Of a DNA stretch of 64,000 bases, positions 49,080-59,724 are shown one piece after another. Each line of letters starts with the position of its first letter. Position 1 is the stretch's first letter. A model generated the notes under the pieces. It ran no database searches. It saw only the letters and a program-made list of their open reading frames with translations, and had not been told where the DNA came from. The DNA is taken from positions 1,152,001-1,216,000 of the forward strand of contig CAWCMR010000025.1 in assembly GCA_963796685.1 (NCBI GenBank), in the 5' to 3' direction. Source of the DNA: an uncultured delta proteobacterium. Lineage in GTDB: Bacteria > Myxococcota_A > Polyangia > Fen-1088. The position numbers and the translations under genes were made by a program.

Positions 49080-50567
49080 GGCCCCTTAACAGAATCTGTG
49101 GGTAACACAGGCGGGCTCGGGTAGATGGCCCATCTCGTGATACAGGGCAGTTTCCAGCACTTTGTAGGTGCGAAAGCCTCGGGCTTTTCTGAGCGCGAGT
49201 TTGGCGTTGGCGTTCATGCCCTCGACGGCGGCGGCGGAAATCTCCTTTTTGGCCCGAAACCAGTTGAGAATCAGCTCACGATGGCTGCGCAGAGTGCGCG
49301 CCACCTTCTTCATGGGTTCAAGGCGCGAGCGCATGGCACGGGTGCACCAGCGGTCAAGAAACCAGCCCGCCCAGTGGGGGACGTGTAGCACCAGAACAAG
49401 CGCAGGCTCTGCTTGAGCAGGTAGGCGCGGATTGAGCGCAGGTCGTAGCGCAAGACGTCGGTGAGCTTGAGGCACTGCTTGCCGGTGAGGTTCTCAGGGT
49501 TCTTGAGAAGGCACCAGCGGGCATGCTTGAGCACCGGCTCGTAGCCCTGGCGGACAAGCTCGCGGGCTTCCCCGGCGCGCACCTCGTCGACGGCCTTGTT
49601 GACCTTGGCCACGATGTGGAATCGGTCGAGGACGTTGATGGCCTGGCTGGCCAACTCGGCGATCACATCGAGGTACGGCTTCCACATGTCGCTGGCCACG
49701 AAACGCAAAGCCTTTGAACGGACCTTTCCGAACATGGCGAAGAAGCCGCGAAAACTCTGTTCGGTGCGTTCTTTGCCCACCCAGAGTAGTCGGCGCGCGC
49801 CTTCGTCGATCTGGTAGACGACGGTGAGGTACTTGTGTCCGGTCCAGACCGCGATCTCGTCGACGCCAATGGCTTGGACGCCGTCAAGGCAGCGATGGGC
49901 CAGGCCGTAGTCGACCACCCAGCGGATGGCGCGATAGACGACACCCCAGTTGGTGCCGAAAATGGCGGCGACCTCGCTCCACGATAGACGGCGCGCCCAT
50001 CGCGCGAGAAACAGCCGGTAGGCGTTGCAGGATGAGTGCTTGCCCTCGGCCCACGGGACCTTCTCAACGGTGACACCGCAGGTCTCACAATCCACCCGCC
50101 GCATGCAGTACCACAGCAACACGGCAAATCCCCACAGCGGGACGAAGGCGAATCCGCGTGGTGTCTTGGACGTGTCGTAGGTCGGCCCGGGTTGTTCGCA
50201 GCCTGAACAAATCGCCTTCGACCCCTTGCGCGCCATCATGGCTACGTGGATCGTCCCGCCATCGTCCCCGAAATAGGTCGTTCCGTAGACAAAGCCTTTG
50301 AACCGGTGACACCGGTTTAGAATCGTCTTAAGTTGCACCTCGGGTCCTCGGAGTTCATTTGCACCCGAGACGATACTCGTTTCGGGGAACATCGCAGGAC
50401 CCACTTTTCCATGTGCAGCGAGGGCTGCGGCGCTCGCGGAGTCACCCGATCAGCGCCGCCCCAAAAGCGGCGCCGGGCGACGCAGCCGTCGTCTTCGAGC
50501 AGTTGTCGCCTCGCCGCTGCCCGTCCGCCAACCCGGTCAAATCACGCACTGATTCTGTTAGGGAGCC
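49080..50567 (-). mobile_element. ISL3-family insertion sequence
   Basis: IRs GGCCCCTTAACAGAATC / GATTCTGTTAGGGAGCC; no target duplication. Confidence 0.85.
49086..50338 (-). pseudogene. ISL3 transposase, frameshifted at the G5 run 49376-49380
   Basis: IGVDEI, SDMWKPY and DRFHI in one frame; VEGMN...RKARGFR...THRFC in another. Confidence 0.88.
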
Positions 50568-50613
50568 ATCACGTCCCGATATCATGAAGCATGGGCTCTG
50601 TCAGTCCTGACGG

Positions 50614-50740
50614 CCTGAGATCCCGCGCACAGCCTGCCGCTCGGCTCATGGCAGCAGGGGATTGCTCCAGGAAGGACGACGATGTTCTACTTGAGCCGCT
50701 TGCCGGTTCAGAGGTCTCCAATCTCCATGGGGATCTGACA
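50614..50740 (-). pseudogene. second decayed 3' fragment of an OPX-like gene
   Basis: CCAGGAAGGACGACGAT is shared with the intact OPX gene near 33400; translates IGDL*TGKRLK*NIVVLPG. Confidence 0.65.
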
Positions 50741-50918
50741 CGCAGAGACATGATCCAAGTTGAGTAGGACTATGTCCTTGCAAGTCCCCGGGCGTCGGCG
50801 TAACAATCGGCTCGTTCATCAGGAACGGATACTTCTTCATGTATGTGGCTTGGTCGACGATGGCGGTGAAGGCTCACGAGTACGCGAGCGGAGGAGGTGT
50901 GCCCTGAGGTCAAACACC

Positions 50919-52028
50919 ATGTCCGCGACGGTGCTGGTCTCGAGCGATGGGCTGGTAGCTCAGACCGCAGCTCCCAAGGGCAGACGCGAGTATCTGCCGT
51001 TCATGCACAGCCTGCGAGGACTCGCCATCACCTGGGTGGTGTCGGTGCATGTCCTGGACTGCATCGCCCGTCGAACGCCTCGCGAGCTCTCCTGGCAACT
51101 CCTTGTGTATCTGTTCGTTTCGAACGCCACTGTCCCCTTCATCTTCGTCTCAGGGTTCCTGTTTCAGCACCTGTCCGACCGCTACCGCGCCAGCGCGTAC
51201 CTGTGGCGCCGATTTGCCACGGTGATCTTGCCCTACCTGGTCATCTCCATGCCAGCTATCCTTCACCAGTACGCAACGCACACGGGGATCTACCTTCACC
51301 AGGACGGGCGACAGCCCTGGGCCATTGCCCTGGCGGCGTACCTGACTGGGGCGCATCTGACGGTTCCTCTTTGGTACATCCCAGTCATCGCTATGTATTA
51401 CCTGGCGTCCCCGATCTTCATTCGTTTTGTGCGGCAGCCATGGCTGTATTGGTCCATCGCTCCGCTGCTCGTACTGGCCACGTTCCTGCACCGGTCATAT
51501 GGCCATCGGGTGGTCTGGCAATCGGCTCTCTATTTCCTACCCGTGTTCTTGATCGGTATGGCCGTCAGCCAATATCGACAGCAGGTGCTGGCCTGGGTGG
51601 CGCCACGGCGATGGCTTTTCCTGACCTGCGTGCTCACCGTGCTCGTGGCGGCCGTGACGTTGAACGGTCATCACGGGCCGATCTTCTCGCGTCATCCGTT
51701 CTCCACGGAGAATGGTGTGCTGGATCTGGACCTGGTTGGCAAAGTGGGGCTAACTATCTTCTGTCTCGATTTCCTGCGCCGTCATGATGCTCCCATCCGT
51801 AGCGGGCTCGCGATCCTGGCTGACACCAGCTTTGGCATCTTCTTCCTACACGGCTTCTTACTACAGCGGATGGTCGCCAAGCCGGCCTGGCAACAGATCT
51901 CCGGCTCGGCTTGGGCTCCACTTGTGTTTCTTCTCGGGGTCGCTGGCGTTGTAGCCATTTGCGTTGTCACCGTCCTGGCGATCCAGAAGCTACTAGGAAA
52001 GCGCAGTCGCTACCTGATCGGCTGCTGA
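50919..52028 (+). CDS. acyltransferase-3 family protein
   Basis: SLRGLAI, PFIFVSGFLF, LWYIP and SFGIFFLH motifs. Confidence 0.88.
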   Translation: MSATVLVSSDGLVAQTAAPKGRREYLPFMHSLRGLAITWVVSVHVLDCIARRTPRELSWQLLVYLFVSNATVPFIFVSGFLFQHLSDRYRASAYLWRRFATVILPYLVISMPAILHQYATHTGIYLHQDGRQPWAIALAAYLTGAHLTVPLWYIPVIAMYYLASPIFIRFVRQPWLYWSIAPLLVLATFLHRSYGHRVVWQSALYFLPVFLIGMAVSQYRQQVLAWVAPRRWLFLTCVLTVLVAAVTLNGHHGPIFSRHPFSTENGVLDLDLVGKVGLTIFCLDFLRRHDAPIRSGLAILADTSFGIFFLHGFLLQRMVAKPAWQQISGSAWAPLVFLLGVAGVVAICVVTVLAIQKLLGKRSRYLIGC

Positions 52029-52153
52029 CCCCCTCGGCCCCGGCTGGATCGTGCAAGCCCGAATCTCTCACTCGGATGCTTCAGAGGTGGATGGGGTGGG
52101 CGTGCGAGTGGCCGCTGTCGCAGATGACAAATCCTCTGGAGGGCGCACGATGG

Positions 52154-53218
52154 TCAGGCGTGCAACCTTCCCTTGAGGAAGTGAACCAGCTTCTTGAGAT
52201 CGACTCCCAGTCGATCGGGGACGCAGGATAAGAGTAGGATTTCCCACGGACGCAAATGGAATGGCTCGCGCAGAAGTCCCTTGAGCACGAACGGTCGCGC
52301 CTTGTCGAGCTCGCCCAGGTCCAGGTAGGCTTGGCCAATCCGGAAATAGGAAGAGGCAAGCCTAGCGTTGATCACTTTATCCGGAAGCCGTATGCGAGCC
52401 CTGTCGGCTGCCAATACGGGAAGAATCGTACGCAGATTGTTCAGCGCCAGGTGAACCATGTATTCAGGTCGGGTCAAAGCATCGCCCATCCCAATTTGGT
52501 AGCGAATGCTCGACGCATCGAGAAAAGCCACTGGTCCTTCCCGGCATGTCCTCAAATGGAAATCGTAGTCTTCCCCCGTAAACTTCAGGTCGGGCCTGAA
52601 CCCCTTCACGCGCTCCAAACGATCTCGCCTGAGGAGCACAGTCGAAGTGTGCACGAGGTTCCCGAGCACCATTTCTGAAAAGATGTCGCCGGTAAACAAC
52701 CGAACCCCGCGAAGCTCTACTGGCCCATCGGGCATGATGTCGCCGAGATCCCACTGCCTGTCGAAGATTGCTCGACTGCCGAGCCTCTGATACGCGCCAT
52801 ACATGGACTTCAGGTATTTCTGCTTGAACATTGTACCGTCAGGACCAACGGCATCCATGTCGGTCCAAATCATTCCGGCGTCGGGAACGAATCCCAGGCA
52901 GGCGAGCTGGGCAGCCAACTTCCACGGAAGCCACTCGTCGTCGGAGTCGAGAAGCGAAATGAATTCGCCCGTGGCCAGTGCAAACCCATGATTGCGGGCA
53001 GCAGACACACCAGCATTTTCCTGATGCACGTATCTAACCCTACCTTCCGTCGAATAGGTTGATCGAACCAATTCCCGGGTCTTGTCCGTCGACCCGTCAT
53101 CAACAACGATGACTTCGACGTTGTGATGAGTCTGATTCAAAGTGCTGTCTATTGCGCGCCGCAGACAATAAGCGCGATTGAATGTCGGAATAACGACGCT
53201 AACCAGTGGCGATGACAT
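52154..53218 (-). CDS. GT2 glycosyltransferase (paralogue of 37920-38960)
   Basis: VSVVIPTFNR, VVDDGSTD, LDSDD and EDYDF motifs. Confidence 0.92.
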   Translation of the reverse strand: MSSPLVSVVIPTFNRAYCLRRAIDSTLNQTHHNVEVIVVDDGSTDKTRELVRSTYSTEGRVRYVHQENAGVSAARNHGFALATGEFISLLDSDDEWLPWKLAAQLACLGFVPDAGMIWTDMDAVGPDGTMFKQKYLKSMYGAYQRLGSRAIFDRQWDLGDIMPDGPVELRGVRLFTGDIFSEMVLGNLVHTSTVLLRRDRLERVKGFRPDLKFTGEDYDFHLRTCREGPVAFLDASSIRYQIGMGDALTRPEYMVHLALNNLRTILPVLAADRARIRLPDKVINARLASSYFRIGQAYLDLGELDKARPFVLKGLLREPFHLRPWEILLLSCVPDRLGVDLKKLVHFLKGRLHA

Positions 53219-53422
53219 GAGAACCCTCCGTCTGTACGCTTGCAGCGCGCAAGAAACCGGGTGTGACGGTGCAGGAGATCTTCAGCCCCCATCAGGTGAT
53301 TTGGGGATTTCCTGCCTCTTTCGTCGTTGGCGTTTTCAATCCAGCCGCTGCGAAGGGCTGAATGAGCGTGCTTGCCACGCTTGGGCGACGTGCGCGCGTG
53401 TCGCGAGGACACGGCAGAATGA

Positions 53423-53851
53423 TTACGCGTGACGTACGGGAGGGGATGTCTTGGGGGCGATGAGGATGACTTTGGCGACTCGCACCATCCCCTCGCTGGC
53501 GACCTGGTTAGCCCGTTCTTCGAGCGGAATCGCTGTGGTGGAGAACGAAAGCTCAGCCGACGAAAACTGGACCAAGAGGTTTGATAGAAGGCACGCTGAA
53601 CGCGAATCTTCGTCATGAAGAACAACATCGGCCGACGTGCCCTGGTCCTTCGCACTCCGCGTCAGAGTGGAGGACCTGGCATGGGTTGGCATGCGGTCGC
53701 GGTCCTCGATCCGGTTGTGTTCAAGACAGAATACGTGTGCGTGGGATGCGACGGCCTGGTGCAGCTGGGTCGCGACGGGCGCGAACGCAATCCACACGCT
53801 GCACCAGAGCGCGATCAGAAGCGTACCAAAATGTAAGGTTTTCTTCCTCAT
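53423..53851 (-). CDS. DUF2946-like His/Cys small membrane protein
   Basis: TM segment, H...HxHxxCxEH, AC motif and terminal APKTSPP. Confidence 0.6.
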   Translation of the reverse strand: MRKKTLHFGTLLIALWCSVWIAFAPVATQLHQAVASHAHVFCLEHNRIEDRDRMPTHARSSTLTRSAKDQGTSADVVLHDEDSRSACLLSNLLVQFSSAELSFSTTAIPLEERANQVASEGMVRVAKVILIAPKTSPPVRHA

Positions 53852-54180
53852 CACCACCCAAACTTGGCCAACTGTACGATTGACTTCCGCAACAACTACC
53901 CGCCAGACAAACTTACCCCTGAGTCCTACACCGGAGAGTTCCGAAATTCCAGGTCCTTTCTGTTCCGGGTGGATGTGCCTCGCGTTCGACAATGACCCCA
54001 TCCACCACGCGACAGCCGCAGGCGATAGAGTATGCTATCTTGCCGCATTCATGCAATATCAGCAGCCACGGGCGGCCATTGCGGTGTCTCTACCGAGCGC
54101 GTCGACGATGATGATGGTGCCATGCGCGTAATAATTCATCTTGGGGCTTGCTTTAGCGCGATAGGTCACGGACTGCGTGC

Positions 54181-55338
54181 ATGATTGAATCGACGTCGAT
54201 GAACGCGGTTCGTGTGATTCAATCGGATGCCGAGTTTGCTTCCCTGGCCAACGAATGGGAGGCTCTGCAGAAAGACGCACGATCAACCAGCGTGTTTCAG
54301 ACCTTCGATTGGCAGTCCCTCTGGTGGAAGACCTATGGACCAGGCCGGCTGTTGCGCCTGCTCTTGGCGACCGAAGGCGAGCGATTGGTGGGCATCTTGC
54401 CGCTCTATATCCAGACGGTGCCCACGATGCGGTTTTCGGTGCGCATTTTGCGCCCCATCGGCATCGGGGCGGACACATCGCCCGACGATCTGGGGCCGGT
54501 GCTCGCCGCTTCGTGCGAGGAACGAGTCGCGCAGGCGCTTGCCAGAGCAGTCATACAGCTCCCGGGCTGGGACGTACTGCAGCTCAGTGACATGCTTCCC
54601 GATTGCCCTTTCATGGCGGCCATTCGGGCGGAGATTGGGCGCCAGGGTCTGCCGCTCCTGACCGGCCGATCCGAGCGCATCGCCTATCTCGACCTTCCGT
54701 CGACCTGGGAAGGGTGGCTCGAAAAGTTGAGTCGTGACCGCCGCTGGCGCATTCGAAGCCTGCGCAAGAAACTCTACGCCGCGCATCCCACCCGGTTCCT
54801 GGTCTGGAGCGATCCGAACACCCTTGATGCGGTCATCGACCGCCTGGTGTTTCTGCACAACAAACGGTGGAATGCGGTAGGCGAGGTTCACGGCTTCGCG
54901 ACGCCGGAGTACGTCGAATTTCATCGAGCGGTCATGCACGCCTGTCTCCGTCACGACCGTTTGCGTTTGTATTGCCTTGAGGTGGCTGGTCAAATCGTCG
55001 CCATGTACTACTTTTACCAGTTTCGAAACCGCGTCTACCTCATGCAGAGCGGCTTCGATCCGGATTTCTCGAAGCTGAAGCCGGGCCAGGTGCTGCTTCA
55101 CCACATCGTCGAGCACGCCATTGGCGAGGGACGCAGCGTGCTCGACTTCCTGAGGGGAGACCACCGCTACAAAGACGAGCTGGCAACGGGCGAACGCGAA
55201 ACGGTGTACGTGACCGCCTTCCGCTGGACCAGGGGCGCGCTGGCCCACCATGCTCGGAGAATCGTGATGCCTGCAGTAAGGACCCGCCTCATGGAGGTCC
55301 TTCGGAGGCTTCGCCCTTTACCGTCGAAAACGGAATGA
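54181..55338 (+). CDS. GNAT (CelD/BcsL-like) acyltransferase
   Basis: VFQTFDW, LVGILPL, QSGFDP...PGQVL and DFLRGDHRYK motifs. Confidence 0.88.
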   Translation: MIESTSMNAVRVIQSDAEFASLANEWEALQKDARSTSVFQTFDWQSLWWKTYGPGRLLRLLLATEGERLVGILPLYIQTVPTMRFSVRILRPIGIGADTSPDDLGPVLAASCEERVAQALARAVIQLPGWDVLQLSDMLPDCPFMAAIRAEIGRQGLPLLTGRSERIAYLDLPSTWEGWLEKLSRDRRWRIRSLRKKLYAAHPTRFLVWSDPNTLDAVIDRLVFLHNKRWNAVGEVHGFATPEYVEFHRAVMHACLRHDRLRLYCLEVAGQIVAMYYFYQFRNRVYLMQSGFDPDFSKLKPGQVLLHHIVEHAIGEGRSVLDFLRGDHRYKDELATGERETVYVTAFRWTRGALAHHARRIVMPAVRTRLMEVLRRLRPLPSKTE

Positions 55339-55403
55339 ATATGGAGCTCTTTGCGCTCAAGCGCCAGGCCGCCCCAATATACCCACTCGGATAGCGTCAC
55401 ATC

Positions 55404-56831
55404 TCAATAAGAGTAGCTCGGTAGCTCGAGTACGTACGTATCCACGGTTGCCCCGTTGCCCCAGTCGCTGGCGAATGCAGCTCGCGTTCCGCTGGGACTG
55501 GGAACGGCATGTGGTTCAGCCCAGTACGACTCCCCCAACTTGGTGTTGTTCTTGCCCCAACTGCGATGCCTTCCCAGACGGCAAACCTTGCCGGTGTTGG
55601 TGTCGGCATAGAGCAACTCTTGATCGAGCAGGCCCTGTGGTCCCGATGTATTGTCGCTAATTGTGGAAACGAGGACCCAACCAGGCATCCGGTAGGCGAG
55701 GGCCGATACGTGTCCGCTAGGCGGATAGGGGTACCCTGTTTGAGGGCCGATGACAACGCCGCCGCTACCATTGGTAAGATCCCACGTCACCAGGATTCCG
55801 ACGTCATCTTTGGCGTCGTCGTAGACGTTGCCATTCCAAGTATCGTGGCCGTTGGCGAGGCGACCCAGGGACGCGTGGCTATCGGGCTCCTGGAGGTTCA
55901 GCGAACGCGTTAGGGTCAGGCTGGTATCCATCACCTGGCCCGTGCCCGCCTCAAGGTATGCCAGGGTACCGCCGGGGGCCACTTGAGCCGGAGGCGTTCC
56001 GGCGACAGTCTTCGATGCTAGTATGGAATTCGTCGAGATGTCGTAGATGAACATTTTGGTGCCACAGGTGAGCCCAATTCGATGGGAATCCCAGGACGTA
56101 AACATGGGATCGGATCCATTGCTCACTGAGGCATTTCCGCACGCGCTGCCGAAGTTGGTCAGCGTATCACGTTTCCCGGCTCGGACGTGGTAGCGAATGA
56201 AGTCCTGGTTGTCGACGTAGTATAGAACATCTGGATCCGAGGTATCCCAATACACCTGCTCGATGTCGGCGGGCGAGATGTCCAAAGAGCGTATCAAGGC
56301 GTAGCTCTTGCCATCGTAGAGTTGATGACCACTCCCGATACTGTACAGGATGAGCAACGACTCATCGGCGTTCCAGGCCGACACGGTGGAGTACATCGGT
56401 GCGATGACGGCGTCACCGCCCCCACTCGCGGCGACCGCCGTGACGCGCCGAAATACCGTACCAAACTCGGCGTCGACCACGGTTTGGCCAGGCGCGGGCT
56501 TGGTCAACGCCGTCTGCGTGTGGGGCAGCTTGTCCTGCACGAGTCCCGCACACAGATCCGTAACAGGGCCCGTAGGGATCCCACCCATCCCGCCCCCTAT
56601 TCCTGTGGTCTTCGAGCCGCCTGTCCCAGAGCCCGAGCCACCCGTTCCAAAGCCCGGATCAACGGATCCACCCGAGCCCACGACGGCTCCTCCGGTTCCG
56701 GATCCCGCGGTTGAACCGCTCCCGCTGCCATGGTCCGCGGAGCCCGATCCACTGCAGTCCAACAGGATCACGCCAGCCACCAGCGCAAAACTACCCAAGA
56801 TCCATCTATGCCATCGCTTCACGTCGATCAT
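55404..56831 (-). CDS. secreted beta-propeller-like lipoprotein, divergent paralogue
   Basis: Lipobox-like LLDC; PMYSTVSAWNADES; YWAEPH..PSPSGTRAAFASDW; TYVLELPSY. Confidence 0.8.
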   Translation of the reverse strand: MIDVKRWHRWILGSFALVAGVILLDCSGSGSADHGSGSGSTAGSGTGGAVVGSGGSVDPGFGTGGSGSGTGGSKTTGIGGGMGGIPTGPVTDLCAGLVQDKLPHTQTALTKPAPGQTVVDAEFGTVFRRVTAVAASGGGDAVIAPMYSTVSAWNADESLLILYSIGSGHQLYDGKSYALIRSLDISPADIEQVYWDTSDPDVLYYVDNQDFIRYHVRAGKRDTLTNFGSACGNASVSNGSDPMFTSWDSHRIGLTCGTKMFIYDISTNSILASKTVAGTPPAQVAPGGTLAYLEAGTGQVMDTSLTLTRSLNLQEPDSHASLGRLANGHDTWNGNVYDDAKDDVGILVTWDLTNGSGGVVIGPQTGYPYPPSGHVSALAYRMPGWVLVSTISDNTSGPQGLLDQELLYADTNTGKVCRLGRHRSWGKNNTKLGESYWAEPHAVPSPSGTRAAFASDWGNGATVDTYVLELPSYSY

Positions 56832-56952
56832 TTTATGATTTCTCGTCGGATGCGAAAGAAACTTGTGTGCTGGCCGTGTTGAATTGGGTTCATTGGTGGC
56901 GCGGTGCGCACAACGATGTCGGTCGAGATGACTGGTGGCGAAGAGGCGGGCA

Positions 56953-58839
56953 TCAAGGCGCCTTGCCCAGCCGGGCCAGGAGCTGGCGTGCAATTTCGCG
57001 ACGTGCGATCCGCCAAGCAGCCGCATCGTGACTCCAGTCCCCCGGCAGCTCCCAACGCGGGTGTCGCCAAGGAGGGTCAACGCCCGGTTCATTGAGTGCA
57101 GATCGGACGACTCCCCGAACCACACTATCAGGATCACCGCCAGCTTCGCGGAGGAGTGTGAAGTACTCGTAGTCGAACATCCCTCGCCTGAGCGCTTTCA
57201 TGCGAAATGAAGAGATGGGACCATCGACCGCCGGGAAACCGATCGTCGGAAGCAAATGGCCTGGGTAGAAAAGGATCCCGTTGCCCAGTAGCTCGTCGTT
57301 CCAATTCATGGCCTGGTGATAGGGATCTTCACCCCAGAAGTTTCCAACCCAGAGGAAGATCCCATCGACACGATAGCGCCAAGCAATCCACGGCCACGTC
57401 GTCATGGCAAGCCCATCATTGTTGATGCAGTTTCCCCCTACGAACGGCTCGTGGTGTTGATAGAACCAGGTCCGATTCCCAGCTCGTTGGCGCTGAGCCA
57501 TTTGCGAGGGAACGTAACCGCCACCCCAGGTGGCCCAGATGTCGACGCTACCAAACCATTCGGGCCTGGGCGCCACGGTGACCAAGTGGTCGACTGAGGC
57601 GCCCGAATCGTGCAGAGCTCGCCCGTAGTCAGCCACGAGACTCAGCAAATTCGGATAAGTCGTAAGATCGGGTTCGTCGACCATGTAGGCAAACAAAGAT
57701 GGGTGACTCCATCCTTTCTCGTTGAAGTGCGTCCGAAAGGCCTGCATGTACTTCCGGATGGCTGTCCGATGAGCTGGGGTTAGGGCGGCATCACGCTGAT
57801 AGTTGCCGCCGAAGTTTGGAGGATCTCCGGGGCGTGCTCCCCACCATACAAATCCGCCGACCTTCCATTGGGGTGGTGGCTCTCTGTCTTGGAAGAGGCT
57901 GCCGTCCAGAACGGGTCCATTGACAGCATCATACCGAGTCCAGTCGATTTTCTGGGGAGTTCCGCTCGACTCATCCCAGCTCACCTGCGGCTGGTCATCA
58001 ATCACCTGGGTCCAGAACCGGTGGGCGTGCGCCATCCTATGATAGGAGTGCAGGAGTTTCGCGTACCCGGCGATCGCGGGCTCGTCACCGAGCCCCTCCC
58101 GTCGAAGCAGGCGTGTTGCGTACAGAGGAACCCACGCGAACAGGTGCCGACGCGCAGGTATTGCGAACGGCATCACTTCCAGCTGCAAGTTGACTAGCCG
58201 CTCGGCGCCGTCGCGTGGCACGATCCGAAGGACGCCTTGATAGGCTCCCGGGCGCGTGGTCTCGGGCACCAATAGGTCGACCCAAAGAGGCTGGTTCCGA
58301 CGCGCTGACAATTGGACGGGACTGGCGACCGCGCGACCGCTGGTCGGGTCGCGTAGAGGAATTAGCGGATCGGGGTATTGTCCCGGCGCAAGGCCCACCA
58401 CGGTGGGGTCCGTGGCCGGCGTGTCGAGGAAGGCTTCAAAGAAGACCTCTATGGCAGAGGATTCCAATTTGCCTGCCGACCCATTCAGGTCCCCCGGAAC
58501 CACATCAAGAGCCAGCGGCGATGGAGACGCCAGCACGAGTTGGAATGAGACGGTTTCGCCTCTGGCGGCTTGCAGGTCTACCGATGTCGGCCAGGTCGAA
58601 ACGGGTTCGTCAAGGGGATCCCCCGGACGGACCTTGACGGCTTCGTCCACAATCCACACCGATAGTCCCTCAGGCGTATTCTTGCGTTCGCGGGGCTGGG
58701 GCGTGTCCAACCCCAGCGCAGATCGCTCGACCCTGCGTGCGATCCTTCGACCGAAATTGAGAACCTTTGAAGGAATGAAAGTTAGGGACACGCCTATGAG
58801 AAGGATGGCGACGCCGAAGACTGCATGGCGGCGCTTCAT
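56953..58839 (-). CDS. DUF4091 / GH123-like glycoside hydrolase
   Basis: AARGETVSFQ, YPDPLIP, YMVDEP and GILFYPG...SSFRMKALRRGMFDYEY motifs. Confidence 0.78.
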   Translation of the reverse strand: MKRRHAVFGVAILLIGVSLTFIPSKVLNFGRRIARRVERSALGLDTPQPRERKNTPEGLSVWIVDEAVKVRPGDPLDEPVSTWPTSVDLQAARGETVSFQLVLASPSPLALDVVPGDLNGSAGKLESSAIEVFFEAFLDTPATDPTVVGLAPGQYPDPLIPLRDPTSGRAVASPVQLSARRNQPLWVDLLVPETTRPGAYQGVLRIVPRDGAERLVNLQLEVMPFAIPARRHLFAWVPLYATRLLRREGLGDEPAIAGYAKLLHSYHRMAHAHRFWTQVIDDQPQVSWDESSGTPQKIDWTRYDAVNGPVLDGSLFQDREPPPQWKVGGFVWWGARPGDPPNFGGNYQRDAALTPAHRTAIRKYMQAFRTHFNEKGWSHPSLFAYMVDEPDLTTYPNLLSLVADYGRALHDSGASVDHLVTVAPRPEWFGSVDIWATWGGGYVPSQMAQRQRAGNRTWFYQHHEPFVGGNCINNDGLAMTTWPWIAWRYRVDGIFLWVGNFWGEDPYHQAMNWNDELLGNGILFYPGHLLPTIGFPAVDGPISSFRMKALRRGMFDYEYFTLLREAGGDPDSVVRGVVRSALNEPGVDPPWRHPRWELPGDWSHDAAAWRIARREIARQLLARLGKAP

Positions 58840-59011
58840 CTCTCAACTCCGGCACGGACCCGCGGACCGGGATCCAGGGGTCTTCCAGCAACGCGGCTAC
58901 GGGTGTGGTATGGCAAAATTGACCTCCAAATCCTGTGGGCGGCCAGGCATGACCGGCCGCTCTTCGCTTGACTCAGCCCTGGGTTAGCACGGTCGCGGAC
59001 GCCCCACCGAT

Positions 59012-59720
59012 TCACGGCAGGGGCCTACGGCACCCGTCCGAAGCCTCCTCCGGATCGCGCAGGTCCACCAAATATTCGTTGATCGCCCTCGTTCTCCGAC
59101 TTCTTCCCGACCATGGCGTAGTAGCGCCCTTTCGCGTCCAGGTTGCCTTCCAGCTTTCCCCTGGCGGCAGTGTATTCCGAGAAGGAGCGCAGGTGCTTCT
59201 TGCCCTCGCCAGCGATGTCGCATCTGAATATTGTTCGTACCTCTCCGGTTCCGTCCATGTCGAGGTGGTAAAAGACGTTGGGGTCGGTGGGATGCCACGA
59301 CACCTCGGCATCGCTAGTGCCGATATGGAGATCGCGAATTGGCTTCCAGGACTTGGTGTCGTACAGCAGATAGGTGCCGTCGCTGCCCCACAATATGGCG
59401 CGGCTGTTGTCGGAGTTGAACGGATTCGCCTTGGAGTAGTAGTGGCGAATGCGTTTCAATCCGGGCCATTGGGAGGCATCACCAATTCGGGTGATACACG
59501 TGCCGAAAACTGGGTCCTTGAACGGGCGATGCAGAGCAGGAAGCGCCGCGTGCGGCGGGACATGGCGATCATGGCCAGTCATAAGACGCTCAAACGCCTT
59601 GGGCGGTCGGCTGGGTGACGACGATTTCGGAGTAGCCGCCGGAGACCTGGCGCCGCGCTCACTCGCGACAGCGACTATTGCTAGGACCATGCCGAGCAGA
59701 ATGAGCGAAAGGGATCTCAT
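59012..59720 (-). pseudogene. fourth beta-propeller-like paralogue with internal deletion and frameshift
   Basis: DPVFGTCITRI...YYSKANPFNSD N-half; C-terminal-like AINEYLVDLR lies in another frame after about 59087. Confidence 0.6.
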
Positions 59721-59724
59721 GGCA

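Noticed and set aside
49376-49380. Programmed frameshift in the ISL3 transposase
   Set aside because: ISL3 transposases are normally single ORFs; a one-base loss in a G run (mutation or sequencing error) is the simpler explanation.
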